Below are positions 13,501-27,300 of a stretch of DNA of 64,000 bases, one piece after another. Positions within the stretch are counted from its first letter, which is position 1. Every line of letters starts with the position of its first letter. The position numbers and the translations under genes were made by a program. The stretch comes from Antedon mediterranea (lineage: Eukaryota > Animalia > Echinodermata). Below the pieces are notes generated by a model. The model ran no database searches. It had not been told where the DNA came from and was given only the letters and a program-made list of their open reading frames with translations. Where the stretch lies: the NCBI RefSeq assembly GCF_964355755.1, contig NC_092671.1:13888001-13952000 (forward strand). The letters are read 5' to 3'.

Positions 13501-16500
13501 ACATTCTTAATTGTGTTATATAAACATTTTAATTGTTATATAAATATTCTTATTGTGTTAAACATTTAATTTTTATACAACTATCTTAGTTGTATATTTA
13601 TATTTTAATTATGTTATATAAACATTCTCAAATATGTTTTTCTTAATTATGTTATACTGTATAGACATTCTTAATTATGTTATATAAACATTTTTAATTA
13701 TGTTATAAACATTCTTAATTGTTTATTAATATTAATTTAATCAATTGCATATCAATAATCAAACAAATATCAAAACCTTCATGAGATGAGGAAAGAGTGA
13801 TTTCACTCCTCTCTGGTTGAGGACATAAACATAAAGTTGACTCAAAGACAAGTAAAGTTAAAGATTGCATTTAATTACCAACTTGGGCTCGAATCTAACC
13901 CCTAGCCATCAGCGCAAGCTCGGTGGTCTAGAGGTATGAACGCCAGGCTAGTGATCTGGACGTCATGGGTTCGAGTCCCAACTGAGAATTACTTGCATAT
14001 TCTCAATGTACTTAGTATGAAGTACAAATTATTATTTAAAAATCAGAGTAGGGAAAAACATCTGACCAATTAGCAACTTATTAACACAACATTACATTAT
14101 TATGATTGTCAAGACATGTTAACTTACTGCTGTTGGAAAATAAGGAGTATTCTTAAAGATTTTCAGCGTATATGCTAACTTGAAGGTTCCGATCATCAAA
14201 ATAGTTGACATTAGAAACTTGTCTGTGAATTTTGTATCGCTAGGGTCATGGTACAATGTGCTGTTGATGCTGCCACATACTTCAAATAAGTCATCCTCAC
14301 GGATTATATAATCGTATAACGCAGACTCGTTTCTTTCACAAGAACAGTCATATGTTGCATTGCCGATGGGTCTGAACAAAAATATATAAACCAACGTGAT
14401 TGAAATCTAAAGATCTGTCTACACTATCAAAGCAGTTTGATAAAAAAAAATTAAATCATCATGTCTATATATGGGAACATCACATTTATAAAGTTTGATG
14501 GTGTAGCCAGAGTTTAATTGATCTATATAAAAGTAAGCTTAATATATCAAAACATGATGGAATTAAATAATTCTTCCTTGATCGAAATATTAAAATCAAT
14601 CACTTACGCATTCTCACCACCTTGTTCATAAATAGAATAGAGTTTATGGAAAGCCTCGAAAATAAAGATAGCAGATATTAGAGTTGAGAAACTCTCCTCC
14701 GTGAAACGAGTAAAGTATCGAACCAATGAACTTGCATCTGTTGCTACTAGAATGAGACATAATACAGCTGTCCATATACCAATCCACCAACGAAATGGCA
14801 GATACTCTAATCCAGTCGAACTGTGGAAGGCAATAGAATACTAGGCTTACTGTGTGTATAGGAAAATACAATTCATATTCATGCAATTCCACCTATTCTT
14901 ATTCCAACTTGACTTTGGTATAGTTACTCACTAAATTTTTCACAAAATTGTTAAAATAAAATGTCTGTAAATTTGGTGTGCATATGTTTATGTTGTTTGT
15001 GTCATTCTTTTAATAATAGAATAACTTACTCGCAAAAACCAACTAAAATTTTTTCATAAATCAGAATAGGTCCAGTACTTCCCAGGATGGTAAGTGGCTG
15101 ACCAGCAAACAAGGAAAATGCAACCCCACATATGAAGGCACCAAGTAGCGACTCCAGCGTAGCCTAAAAAAAATATATTAAATTGTTATACATTACATAC
15201 AGTATTTTACAACACAATTGTGTAAATGTGGACCATAAACTACTAATTGTCTTCGAAAGTGATTTGGTAATGAGGAAGAGGCATGTTCTATAACAATTTT
15301 CAAAGACTTTCCATGTGTACAATAAAAACAAGAGCCTTTATCTATCTGATATACAGTAAAGTAGGTAATTTGGAATTCCGAGTTTAATTAACTTTATTGC
15401 ATTTTAATTTTTTGCTTACTCAATTATACATGACATTCTGAATTAATTATTTGTGGAAATATTTAAATATTTTGAGAGAATACGAAGATTTTGCCAGAGC
15501 TCATTAGATGGAATGGATATCCTGAAGTCTGCAGGATTTACTTTTGAATCGCATGTGATTATCCTTTAAAACTCATCTTTATCAATCTTGACAAAGATGA
15601 ATTGCTCTGATAACATTTATAATCAATGTTATCTGGATGTGACTGAAAATTGTGTTTGATATCCTAAAGCAACTAATCATAATACAATCACTGTTACAAA
15701 CGTGCAGATTAATGCGAGGCCATGTGTAGCGTTTCATACATCATTACAGATTATTACACTGAAAGAGTGCCATCACACATATAGTGACAAATAGTAATGA
15801 TTTGAATGCACAGGCAGCTTTGTGTTAATTCTACTTGATTGATTGTCATCCTTAAGCTTGTTTTGAAATGTAGTGTGCTGAATTTACGCCACTTACTGTT
15901 AAAGTATAATGAATCAATCATCTTAAAAGTCTTATATACTAAATATCTTAGTATATAACCTTTGATTGCCTTACTTAAAGTTCAGACAAATGGTCTTGAC
16001 AAAGCACACAATGCAAATAAGAGATTCAAGTTCCAACCTTAGAAAACTAAACACCAGTGGCAGTATTTACCATTCACGTTTAGGATCAGGGAAATAGTTA
16101 AAAACTCTCCTATCTAAAGTGAACACAATTTAAGGGAAATACTTCAATATTTATTGAGTTAAGTAAAATACTTAATATTTAAAGGAAATATATCATATTT
16201 TTTATATTAAGTGGATTATATTAAGTATTGACAACTAATGTATTGATAATGTGGAATCAACCAATATGCAACATTACATTTTAGACATTTGATGTGATGA
16301 TGATGCCAACCAATCATATTTAATTTTCCCCATGACTAACCATTTGTTGGTCTGTAGCATCACCTAGTAAGCCACCAAATGTGATGACTGGTGTTATACA
16401 GGCGAAGTACATGAAGAATACTGAAGCTAAACATTGCAGATGTAGAGCATCGGTAAAATCTGACAAGTAATGGCGTCCTCTACGTTTAATATCCTTCACA

Positions 16501-18305
16501 AGTCCACCAAATATTCTATAGTGAGTAATAATAAAAATAAAAACATTAAAAAATTAAATATTATGACCATTTTCAGTGTTTTTATTACTACAGAATCCCA
16601 GTAAGACACATATTCATAAATGTTGGAAAAATTTGATTTAATTAAATTTCATGAAGATATGTTCTGTATAACACATTAGCTTTACAATTTGCCTTCTCAA
16701 TTGTATTTTTTTTGTGGATAATAAAACAAGATTTAATATCTTACCGTCCTGTTCGTTCAAGACCTTCTTTCTTCTCTTCATCTTCTCCATGATCACCTGA
16801 GTAACCATTTGAACGGCAACCATCGTGATGGTCAAGCTCAAGACGGTGAGTGGGTGGTGGTGCTACTTTTGGTGGTTCAATGCGAATATTTGGATCCCAT
16901 ACACCTACAAAATTATATGGATGAAAAGTATTGTATGATATAAACAGTTGTTTGTTCAGTAAAAATGAGGATTGGAATATACATATGTACATAAAAACAG
17001 TGATTTTGGTATATAATGATAATATATCAATCTTGTATAGTGCCTAATGCTCAAATATTCTACTCGCTTCACATTATTACTCAGGTCATGTGTGGACAGC
17101 TTTCAATAACTATGCAGCTAATAATCACACCGCAATTGTGTTTAACCCTACCATGTACCCATTTACACCTGGTTGGAGAGCGGTAAAGTGTTTTGGCCAA
17201 GGACACCAGCAATGTGACGAGTGTTGGTTCAAACTCTCGATCATATTGTCATAAGTCCTATATAACGCCTATCACACTGTGCCACACACCCCATATACAA
17301 AAATGATAACTATATTCCATCATGCCTTATTACCTGGAGGTAGTACAGTGACCTGATCCATAAACTCATCAATGCCCGCAAGTAAGTCATCTCGATTATT
17401 TGCTTTGTAAGCGACTTCATGGAAAACCTAACAATACACACAAGAAATCAATATATTATATATAATGTCCATCAGTGAATTTGATATCTCCTATAGCCGT
17501 GTTTCCGCAGCCAAAAATCAAAGACTAGACAACAGTAAACAGACGCTATTAATATTTTGGGAGCAATTACAAATCGTCCACTCCATAGGTTGATTTTTAG
17601 TTGGATTATTTATCAATTTTTCCCGTTGCATTTTCATTTTCTAAAATTGATTAGAACTTGACTTGACTATTCAATATAACCGATACCACATAATACAAAA
17701 TTAACCAACTTGATAACAAAGATATGCTTATATATCAGGTGTAGTATATATCTTTGTAAAATATTAGAATGTTTTTTTTCTCATATAAAGTTAAAGTTAC
17801 TAACCTCGTCAGACATGAGTGTGGCAATGCATCTTCCAATCTCATGGTAGCGAGCTGTCTCCTCTGATGGTGGGCCCAGAAGGATAAAAAGAAATCTAGT
17901 GGGGATGGGAACCTCTGTCAAGTCACCTAATAATACAGAATGCTCTAACCGGACGAATGCAATGACTGGTCTTGACAAAAAGTCAACTTCTCCGACTAGG
18001 ACATTCGATGCCTCTGCTCCTGCAGGAATTTTCTTCATGAAATGGTGTTTTGCCTAAAAGACAACATCATAACAACAGTATAATATATATGAGGCAAGTA
18101 CTGTAAAAGTAAACATATTGTTAGTATTGCAACATACCATAGTATCCGATTTTAAATCTGAAATTCCAAATGCAGAAATAAATATTTATTTGTTGTATCT
18201 GTTAAAGGTAGAATGGGATCAAATTAGATATTAAATATACAGTGAAATGTTTATCTAAAATTAGAATTATAAAGAAAATAAATTTGAGGCCAAGGAAATT
18301 TTATT

Positions 18306-18350
<45 letters not shown>

Positions 18351-21300
18351 AAATGTGTTTAATTGGTACTGAAAAAGAGGTATGTAATAAATATTTTTTA
18401 ATTACAGTATTTACATTACAGTATTATATCTCCATTAAAAAGAATTAATGTTTTTGTTGCAATAATTATTTTAATCAGATGTGAGCAAGTGGTAAAGTTT
18501 ATAAGAGTAATCTTTACTACTTACTATACTGATATCAATTCATTTATGTATCATTCTTATTTATGATATTATATAATAAGTTAATCACAGCAAATCATAA
18601 CTAAATTCTTCCACCAATGTGCTCCCTTTTAACCCATAACTGCATACCCTAAGAACAAAGCAAGCTGGAATTTTGTTTCTATTGCTGGTACTAGTAGCAT
18701 TGCATACTACATGAGCCAAACTAATGCATGTCTCAAGATACACAAACTGAGCGTAATGAACATTTTGCAGCATTCTTGATATCAATTTTGACCTCTGACC
18801 CTACTTACCTTGAATATCTCAATTTCTCTTTTTGTTTTATTTATCTTAGCGTTGAAGAATTAATAAGAATTTTCAAGTATGGAATTTAATTTCTAGTAAA
18901 ATCTACGAATTTCTATTAATAAAACCAAATTTGTCATCAAGTGAAATTTCCCAGAATATGACACAAGAGCGTTACAGCAAATAGTCATTTGAACAATCTT
19001 ATCTTATAGTTATAATTAAATAAGGGAAAATATGCTAAATGACTGGTGAAAATAAAACAGATAGATAAAATAGATTATTTTTTTTAAGGAAAGGTTTCTC
19101 TGTACAAAGCACAAAACAATACTTTGCACCCGAAAAATATGTGACTGAAAAGTACCCGAGGAAAGGTATATGTAACAAGTAACCAATGAAACATCATCAT
19201 CATCAAGTACTCTAAGCAAATCCCTCATTTAAGTTCCCCCTATTCAAGTACAAAAGAGAAAACTACCTGCAGCATATTTTATTAATCACATTGGTAAAGA
19301 TCTGTCTACACTATATATATTTATGTGACAAAAGAAATTGATGTGCCCATATATGGACATTATGATGTCACATCACTACCATATTTGGGCATATCACTAC
19401 CATATTTGTGCACATCACACTTTTTTGTCAAACTAGTTTGATAGTACATGTAGACAGAGCTTAAGATTTAATTCCATCCCAATGGGACAAGCTTAAACCA
19501 TTAGAAGTAGAATCCCACCACATCCTAACAAGATCTCATTATACCAAGAACCCTCAACCATAAATCCTGCTTAAACTTTTCACTTTTTAATAATATGTCA
19601 TAACTCCAGTATCCATATGGCCAGAATTTAGGGCAGACGGTAACATTTTAGAGTGAAAAAAATTTTTGAGGTCTGATTCAACTAGACCATACAGTTTCTT
19701 TGTGCGTTGAAATTGTTTAAATATTAAATGGAGTATAAACCAATTTAAACTTAATATTGTATATGACCAAGTATTGTCTTAGGGTGCCTAGTTGCGATAG
19801 TTGAAAATTAGGTGGGATTATACAGCTCTTTGCACTAAAAGTAGATTCATCAAAGTTTATTTTTAGCCTAAATTAGTGGGTGAGATTATACTCAAGGATA
19901 GGATTATACTTGGTCATATAATTGTATAATAAATATGCTAATTTCATCCACTTCTTCTAATTTTACCATAAAATCTATAATTTATATGTAAATTTAAAAG
20001 CTGCAAATGTAATATAAAGTACATTTATCCAAATTAATGTATGGACGAATGTTTCTTACTTGCTTACGTGATTCGACTTACTATAATGTGTGGTATAGCA
20101 TTGATAGATAAAACTAGATGTGAACTTAGTGTGAACTCAATGTTACTTCAAATGTCACTTACAAAACGAATGTAATGTTAATTTCTGTGATGTTAATTTA
20201 AAAAGCAATGCTATATTAGTATATAGAAAAGGAGGAGGGTACAGTACATAAGATAATAAGTTGTGTCTTAGTGCCTAAATGTTAAAATGTACACTCTACA
20301 AAACAAATAATTTTATATAAAAAGATAAAAAATCAGAATCTTAAAAGTTGGAATTTAATATTTGTGATTATCGTGATAACTGGTTGATGGTACTGATTTT
20401 GATATTGATGATAGTGATGATGAGGCAATTGTTATGATAATGTTAATAACGATGGTGATATTGATATATGATTATGACGATAATAAGTGATTTACAACAC
20501 TAATGATAATGGAAAATATGTAATTTGAAGACATTTGGTTACAAGTGCCCCACAATTGATGACCCAAAAAATGTATATTTTGAAATGAACTTTGCTATGA
20601 AAAAATTGTTTTGTTATAAAATATCTAGCAAAAAAATAAATTACAATTTAATAAAAATAATAATAAACTAATAATCATTTGATAGAAATCAATACACTAA
20701 AGTTGAAATAGGTTATGTACACTAATTACACATTTAAAAACAACTGCAATAACTTTATGGTTGCCATGCCAATAAAATGGTTTGACAGAAATAAAAACAC
20801 TTGCCTCATGTGAGATATGAATATGTTTCACTCGCTTCTGTCCATGAGTAGAAATATTAATTAAATAATTCAAATATTATAAATATATAATGAACATGTA
20901 CAGTACAAACAAAAAAGCAATTAAAATTGTTATTCTGTGTAATGTGAATCTACTGTAGGCATAATCTGTTTTGTATTTTTAAGTCTAAATCTATGAATTG
21001 ATGTTTAAACAGAAATAAAAATTATACTTATATTTAAAACTTAAACAACATAATAAAAATAAAATAAATACCTACATACAAGTTTATAAAAACAACCATA
21101 TACACATAAAATGCATATTTAAAAAAGTAAACTAAAGATGCTTGCTGATTTTAGAGTTATCATAAATTTTATAAAATTGAATTAGTGTAAAAATGTTTTC
21201 AACCAATAACCAGGAATGTCTACTCTAAAAGAGGATAATAAATACATTATTGTTTACAAAATTGACACAGTAGTTTGATAAATAAAACGTTCTAGGATCC

Positions 21301-24300
21301 TTGATACAATTCTCGATTTTGGCTACGTACAAAGATACTTATGGACAAAAACAGTATCATTGTTCAAGCCATCATATTCATTATTATAATGAGACAATGA
21401 GTTTAAGGTCGCCTTAAATAAATTTTGTCTTCAACAAAACAAACCACTTACAGTATCACTATCTTCAAGCATTCACACTAAAAACTGGGTTTGAAACATC
21501 AAAGTAAATGGCTATCATAAAATACTAATTTGTCATCCTGTCTATCGTCATTTAAATGGCATATAAAGATTACAATTTTACCTTCATACTTTGGGCACTT
21601 GGAACATGAGGTAGACTACCTGATGGGGGTGTATTACTACCGTCAACCACTCCTAGATGCGAGCCGTGTGAAAAGCTCGTCCTGGGCATGGCCGGTGTTG
21701 ATTGGGTCGCAGACAAGGCTGTAAAGAAACAAAATCCTATGACAATAGAGAAAATCGACATACTGCTATAGTAAATTAGGGGGGGGGGGGGGGGTATAAT
21801 GCTAACAGTGTGTATTATATAACACTGTAAAGAGGAACTCCTTTGTGAGAAGATCAGTCCATATTTAACAGAAACTTTATTATCCTTAGTGTCCATAGGG
21901 AGATTTTTATTCTGAATAACAAATTACATTCAATTCATGATCATAATTTATGAACGCTGAGTTTTTATATATTTTTATCTTATTCAGATAAAACATATTG
22001 TAAATGTAACATAGTTGCTATATCAGTTTTCTTCGTATGTTCCTTTTCTATCCATTAGTTATTACAGACATAAATTTATGGTAATAGTATCTCAACATTC
22101 AATGAGCAATTTTTCCATTAACCTCTCTATACACTACGGAATACACGTTTCAAACAGCTCAAATACAAAAAGTCTAAGCAATCAGTCACATTTTCTCTGC
22201 TAAACAATACTACAGTGGATGTCTTTAAAAAGTAAATATGACTGGCTTATAGCAGAATCACCATAATTTTTACTATAGCATTAGCAAAGTCATCAATAAT
22301 ACATAATAATGTTATAAATATATAATACATTGTTCTTCAATAGTGAAGAATCATAGTTTTTAACAACCCATGAATATAGGTACACATTAGCTTAGGGTGC
22401 GTGAAAAATATGGGTAGAAATAATTGTAATACTTTTTCCTCAATTTTTTTAAATATATAATAATTTTATAAATATAAAATAAATTTTGTTCTTCAATAGT
22501 GAAGAATCATAGTTTTTAACAAACCATGAATATAGGTACACATTAGCTTAGGGTGAGTGAAATATATCGGTAGAAATAATTGTACTTTTCCCAATTTTTT
22601 TACCTTGTTCCATATTAGCATGATGATAGCTGCCTGACAGTGACCGTCCGATATCTACAAGCGACCTTATGCCTGGAAGCAAGCTGCCGTGTCGCTTAGA
22701 GTCTCGATGTTTCTTTTCGTATTGATGTCGATGACGACAAAGTAGCGCCTCTCGAACGTTGGATCTGTCTTCTTCATCAAGTTGACCAGATACAATAAAT
22801 TTATCAAGAACAAGATCTATGGGGAAAGTGAACTTAGTGTTTGGTAATTCATTATTAAAACACAATTACACACTTGCCAACTTTGGCAAGTGGACATTAT
22901 ACGCCAGTGTGGCTTTAATATACATGTAACAATTGGAGTTCATTGAGGGGAAGAACACATGTTTATCAGGTAGAGTGTAGGCTGTCTAGCGTAATGTACT
23001 GTAGATATAAGAATTGACATGTCATTGACAACGTGAATAAATGTGAAAAGTTCAGTATCAAACATACCAGCAATTTGATCAAGATTCTCAGCATTCATAT
23101 CAAGGCATACAGTACCAGTGAGAATGCAATTCCTTAGTTCAAACAAACTGTGTAGTGACAGTGTTGAAATGTGCGGCTTACTCCAGCGATCTGCACCTTC
23201 CTCCACATCCTCTTCATATTTTATCCATCTTAAAAATATCAAATAAACAATTTGTAATAGAAACCAGAGCTGGGTTTCAAAAGGAGGTTAAATTATTTGG
23301 AATCAAGTTTCTTCAATTCAATTCAACGTAAACATTTATTTTCTTTCTTTCAATCAATAATAAAAAAATTGAATAAGGTATTAAAAAAAGTAAGTACGAA
23401 TTTCAAATAATACATTTCATGAATATAATATATAAACACGACTGTATAACTATAGTATATAATGGAGGTATACCTCCATGAGTATATTGACACAAAATGT
23501 ACAAATGTAAAAGTAAAGTAAAATGATTTTACATAACAGGACACATTCTGTTTTGATCCTCCAAAATAATTTGGGTTAAATACTATGAATCTAGTTATAA
23601 TATTTTATTTCATGATTCAGTTTACATTATTACATACAGTACAGTAAAAAAATCAAGAAACAACAAATAAATAAATTCAATTTCAACTGTTAAATTCGCT
23701 GAGGTTTGAGGACAGATGATTGTAATGATTAAATTAGTATCCCAGTATTTCTTGATTGGGCAAATTGAAGTTGAAGGAGTTTATAACTATAAACTAATGT
23801 CCACTATATCATCACTGACCAAGCAGACAAATTAAATAGAAAGTGAAGTATAGATGATGATAATGTTTATTTCAAAGTCAATCACTGCTTATGATCAAAT
23901 TTTAATTTCATAGACGGACATCAAAATTCATTAAAAACGTATACTGTAATGTCCAGTATATCACTATTCATCTCCATCTAACTGAAAGATGCCTTTATCA
24001 GAGGTATTTATGACTATTATTTCTATTTATTCAGGAATTCATATTATTGATGAACATACAAATTAGAGTTGAAGTGTGCTGGACAAGTTGAGTGTCCAGA
24101 CCACAACAGATGGACAAAGAAAATCAACAATGTTGATACCATATGACACAAGATAGAATGATCCTTAATGAACTAAACAATTAATAACAATACCAGTAAA
24201 AAAATGTTCCTTTCATAATTAAGGAAGCTATCCTATTTTATAACACATTAACAAAATTGAAAGCTAAAAAAATACAATTTTATTTTCAGAGAAATTATTA

Positions 24301-27300
24301 GGTACGTATATAACAAGTATGTATATCTGTGATTAACATTATTTATACTATGCAAAAATATGGTATTGCAGATGAATACAGGTTTTAACTTTATTGCGTG
24401 TCAAAAGGTGATCTGCCATAAAAGTGAAACATCAATAAATTATAAATAATTATTATTTTGGTCTATGCAACACATGCTTTCTAAAGGTTATTCAGTGGTG
24501 CAATGATAGTACTGTAAAATAATGTTGTAACTGTACAGACACCACGATTGAATATTGATTTTGGTAATTAAATATTTATGACAAGTTTTTTAGGGGATTT
24601 AAATGATCATAGTTTCAAACATTTTAACAAAAGGTTATATAGTAAACAAGGTGAATGCATGGTTAACTTTACATTATAAATTATAGATACTCAAGATGAC
24701 CAGCAGTTTTTTTGATTGACTTACATTTGTCATGACAAGTGTTTGAAAATATCTAAATTGTCCACGCAACAAATTCTAATAAAGGTTATGTCATTAAAAG
24801 TAAATGTTACACAATGTGTAAGTTCCTTAGCACTTGATACTACAGTAGATTCATATCACACAATGTGTATAACGGGTTCACCATAAGGATAGTTATAATA
24901 TATCACACAATGTGTGTACAGTACGGGTTCACCAAGGAAACTAGAGAGATACTGTGTTACACAATGACATGTACAGTATGCAGCTAAATAAATGACACAC
25001 AATGTAACCAGAGCAAGTACAGTATTTACATGAATAAATATTATGTATGAAGTTCAATAAAGGCAAACAAGGCAAGGGCATAGCTACAGTACTACATATT
25101 CACCTGTACCTGTACAAGCAATATTATGTGACATTAACTTGCAGTTCATTAAATCAGTTTTTATTTTTGCACAACATTTATTTTAAGAACAGCACATTTT
25201 ATTAGTGAATCCCAATGGACGCTAAATGAACTTAATGAATGAATGAACATCTGTATGACCCCTTGTACTGTATGCTGATATAGATGCTTTTTGATGAAGA
25301 TTACATCAGAGCTGTGACAACATTACTGTATGTGATACTAGATAAATTATCATACGACATCAGGTGATCTATTAACTACTACAGATATAAGCTAAACAGG
25401 AAATAATAGTTAATAATGACCTATTATATTATGCAATAGTGTACAGTACATGGTTCAGGTAAGGTATCATCAATCTACAAATAGACCTAGGCAACGACCT
25501 GGGAGAACCATATTGTGTCCACAAACTGCTAAAATTGTGTCAGTGAATAAAGTGAGGAAGCATCACAATGTCCCCACATGTGCACAATGAATTACAGTAT
25601 TATGACGTAACTAATTCACAAGTCCTATTGTGCAGGCTGTCGCAAATTGAATTGCAGTTCGGATATTAACAGGTACAATAGTGACAGTGGCGTCTTAGGG
25701 CCTGTTAAGACCTACGGAGTTATGCTTTCGTATTGTACGCGGCGTACAACTCCATAGGTCTAAACCAGAAAAAGATTAGTGGAAGCCACCTCGTACGGCA
25801 CTACTCTTTCGTTCGTTACGACAGCTCAAGGTACAAGATTAGTGAATGCTGCTTACGATACGAAAGTCATGCATCAACGATTTTGACCTCTAACCAATCA
25901 AATTTACTCCTGCATACCACATGTTCGCCTAAATCGGTGACACTTCAGTTTGAAACGAAAGCGTTTAGGCAAATCTGAACACTTTTCTGTTACGACGCTA
26001 ATTATAATATGACATTGCTTGCGATACTAAAGCATAACTCTATAGATCTGAAAATACCCTAAATTTAAACTGTGGAGGTATGTAGTCCTCTCAAGTTATT
26101 ATCTATTATTTTTAGAAAATGTTAACTGTATTTTGTTTTTATTTGAGAAATAAAAATTATTGATTGATTGATTGATTGATTGAAGTGAACTTGCAAGAGG
26201 CCGCACTGACTACCTTGTGTACAGTATATACAAGATTATTTATCATCTTTGTATTTATTCATGTGGACCATTTTGAAATTGGTCGGCCTATCCATGTTGA
26301 CCATTTTACATAAAACCTCAAAACAAGACTTAAACTGGACATCAATCCCACTGATCATGAATGACTATAATATATTATAAAGAGTATGGACCAAAATAGA
26401 CAACTATTACAATAGACTATATAACCTATTAACTGTGTATCATTGATTGATTGACCTCTTAGCCAGACTGATGACAGTGTGTAAATGTTAAAAGGTTGAA
26501 CCAGATCAGATTGCTTTAAAAGTCTCATTGTACATGCTTCTATATTTCTGTACTTTATAATAAAATATTAGTTCACTACAGTAAGTCATTACTGTAATAA
26601 TTAATTCTAGTATAGTGAGCATCAAAAGTTGCTCTGTTTTTTATTTTCTGAATGAAAAAACGTAGCCTTATAATATTTACTGTAGGTATATTGAATTGAA
26701 TAATATGGTCCTGATATATAGAGTATTCATTTGTCCATTATCCAAAAATCATTTAAATACTGTACAGTAACCGTAACCCCTTTTTTCAGTTCAAAATCCT
26801 TTATCTTTTAAGTTGGCCTAAAATATTATTTGTACAGTACAGTAGTTAATTACAGTATATAACGTGCAGTATCTGGTAATCATCACTCATAAAAATAAAA
26901 GCTCCTAGAGTCCTACTGTAATTATAAGTCTCAAAATGATATGTTACTAGTGAGCAAATATGGAATTCTATTTTTAATGAACATTTCAGCAATCAGCAAT
27001 TTAGTTTAAAAAAATAAACCAAATATAGATAATCATTCAAAGTGAGGGTACAGTATGTCAATTGTGTATAAATTGTGTACTGTACAGTACATAAAATGAA
27101 TGTTTACTGTTTACTGTAAGATGAATGGGGAGAATTATTGAGGCAGAGCTGTTGAATACATACAGTACTGTAGGACAGGTAACCTTTCAACAAATTAAAA
27201 TATTCTCAACATTCAACAAATATAAACATTCATTTTTATTTATTAATTGAAATGGGAGAAAATAATGCACAGACCATCGTACTGTAATATCAATATCTTC

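Noticed and set aside
13917-13988. Functional tRNA-Thr(AGT) gene
   Set aside because: Acceptor and D stems are incomplete; treated as a pseudo-tRNA or SINE head.
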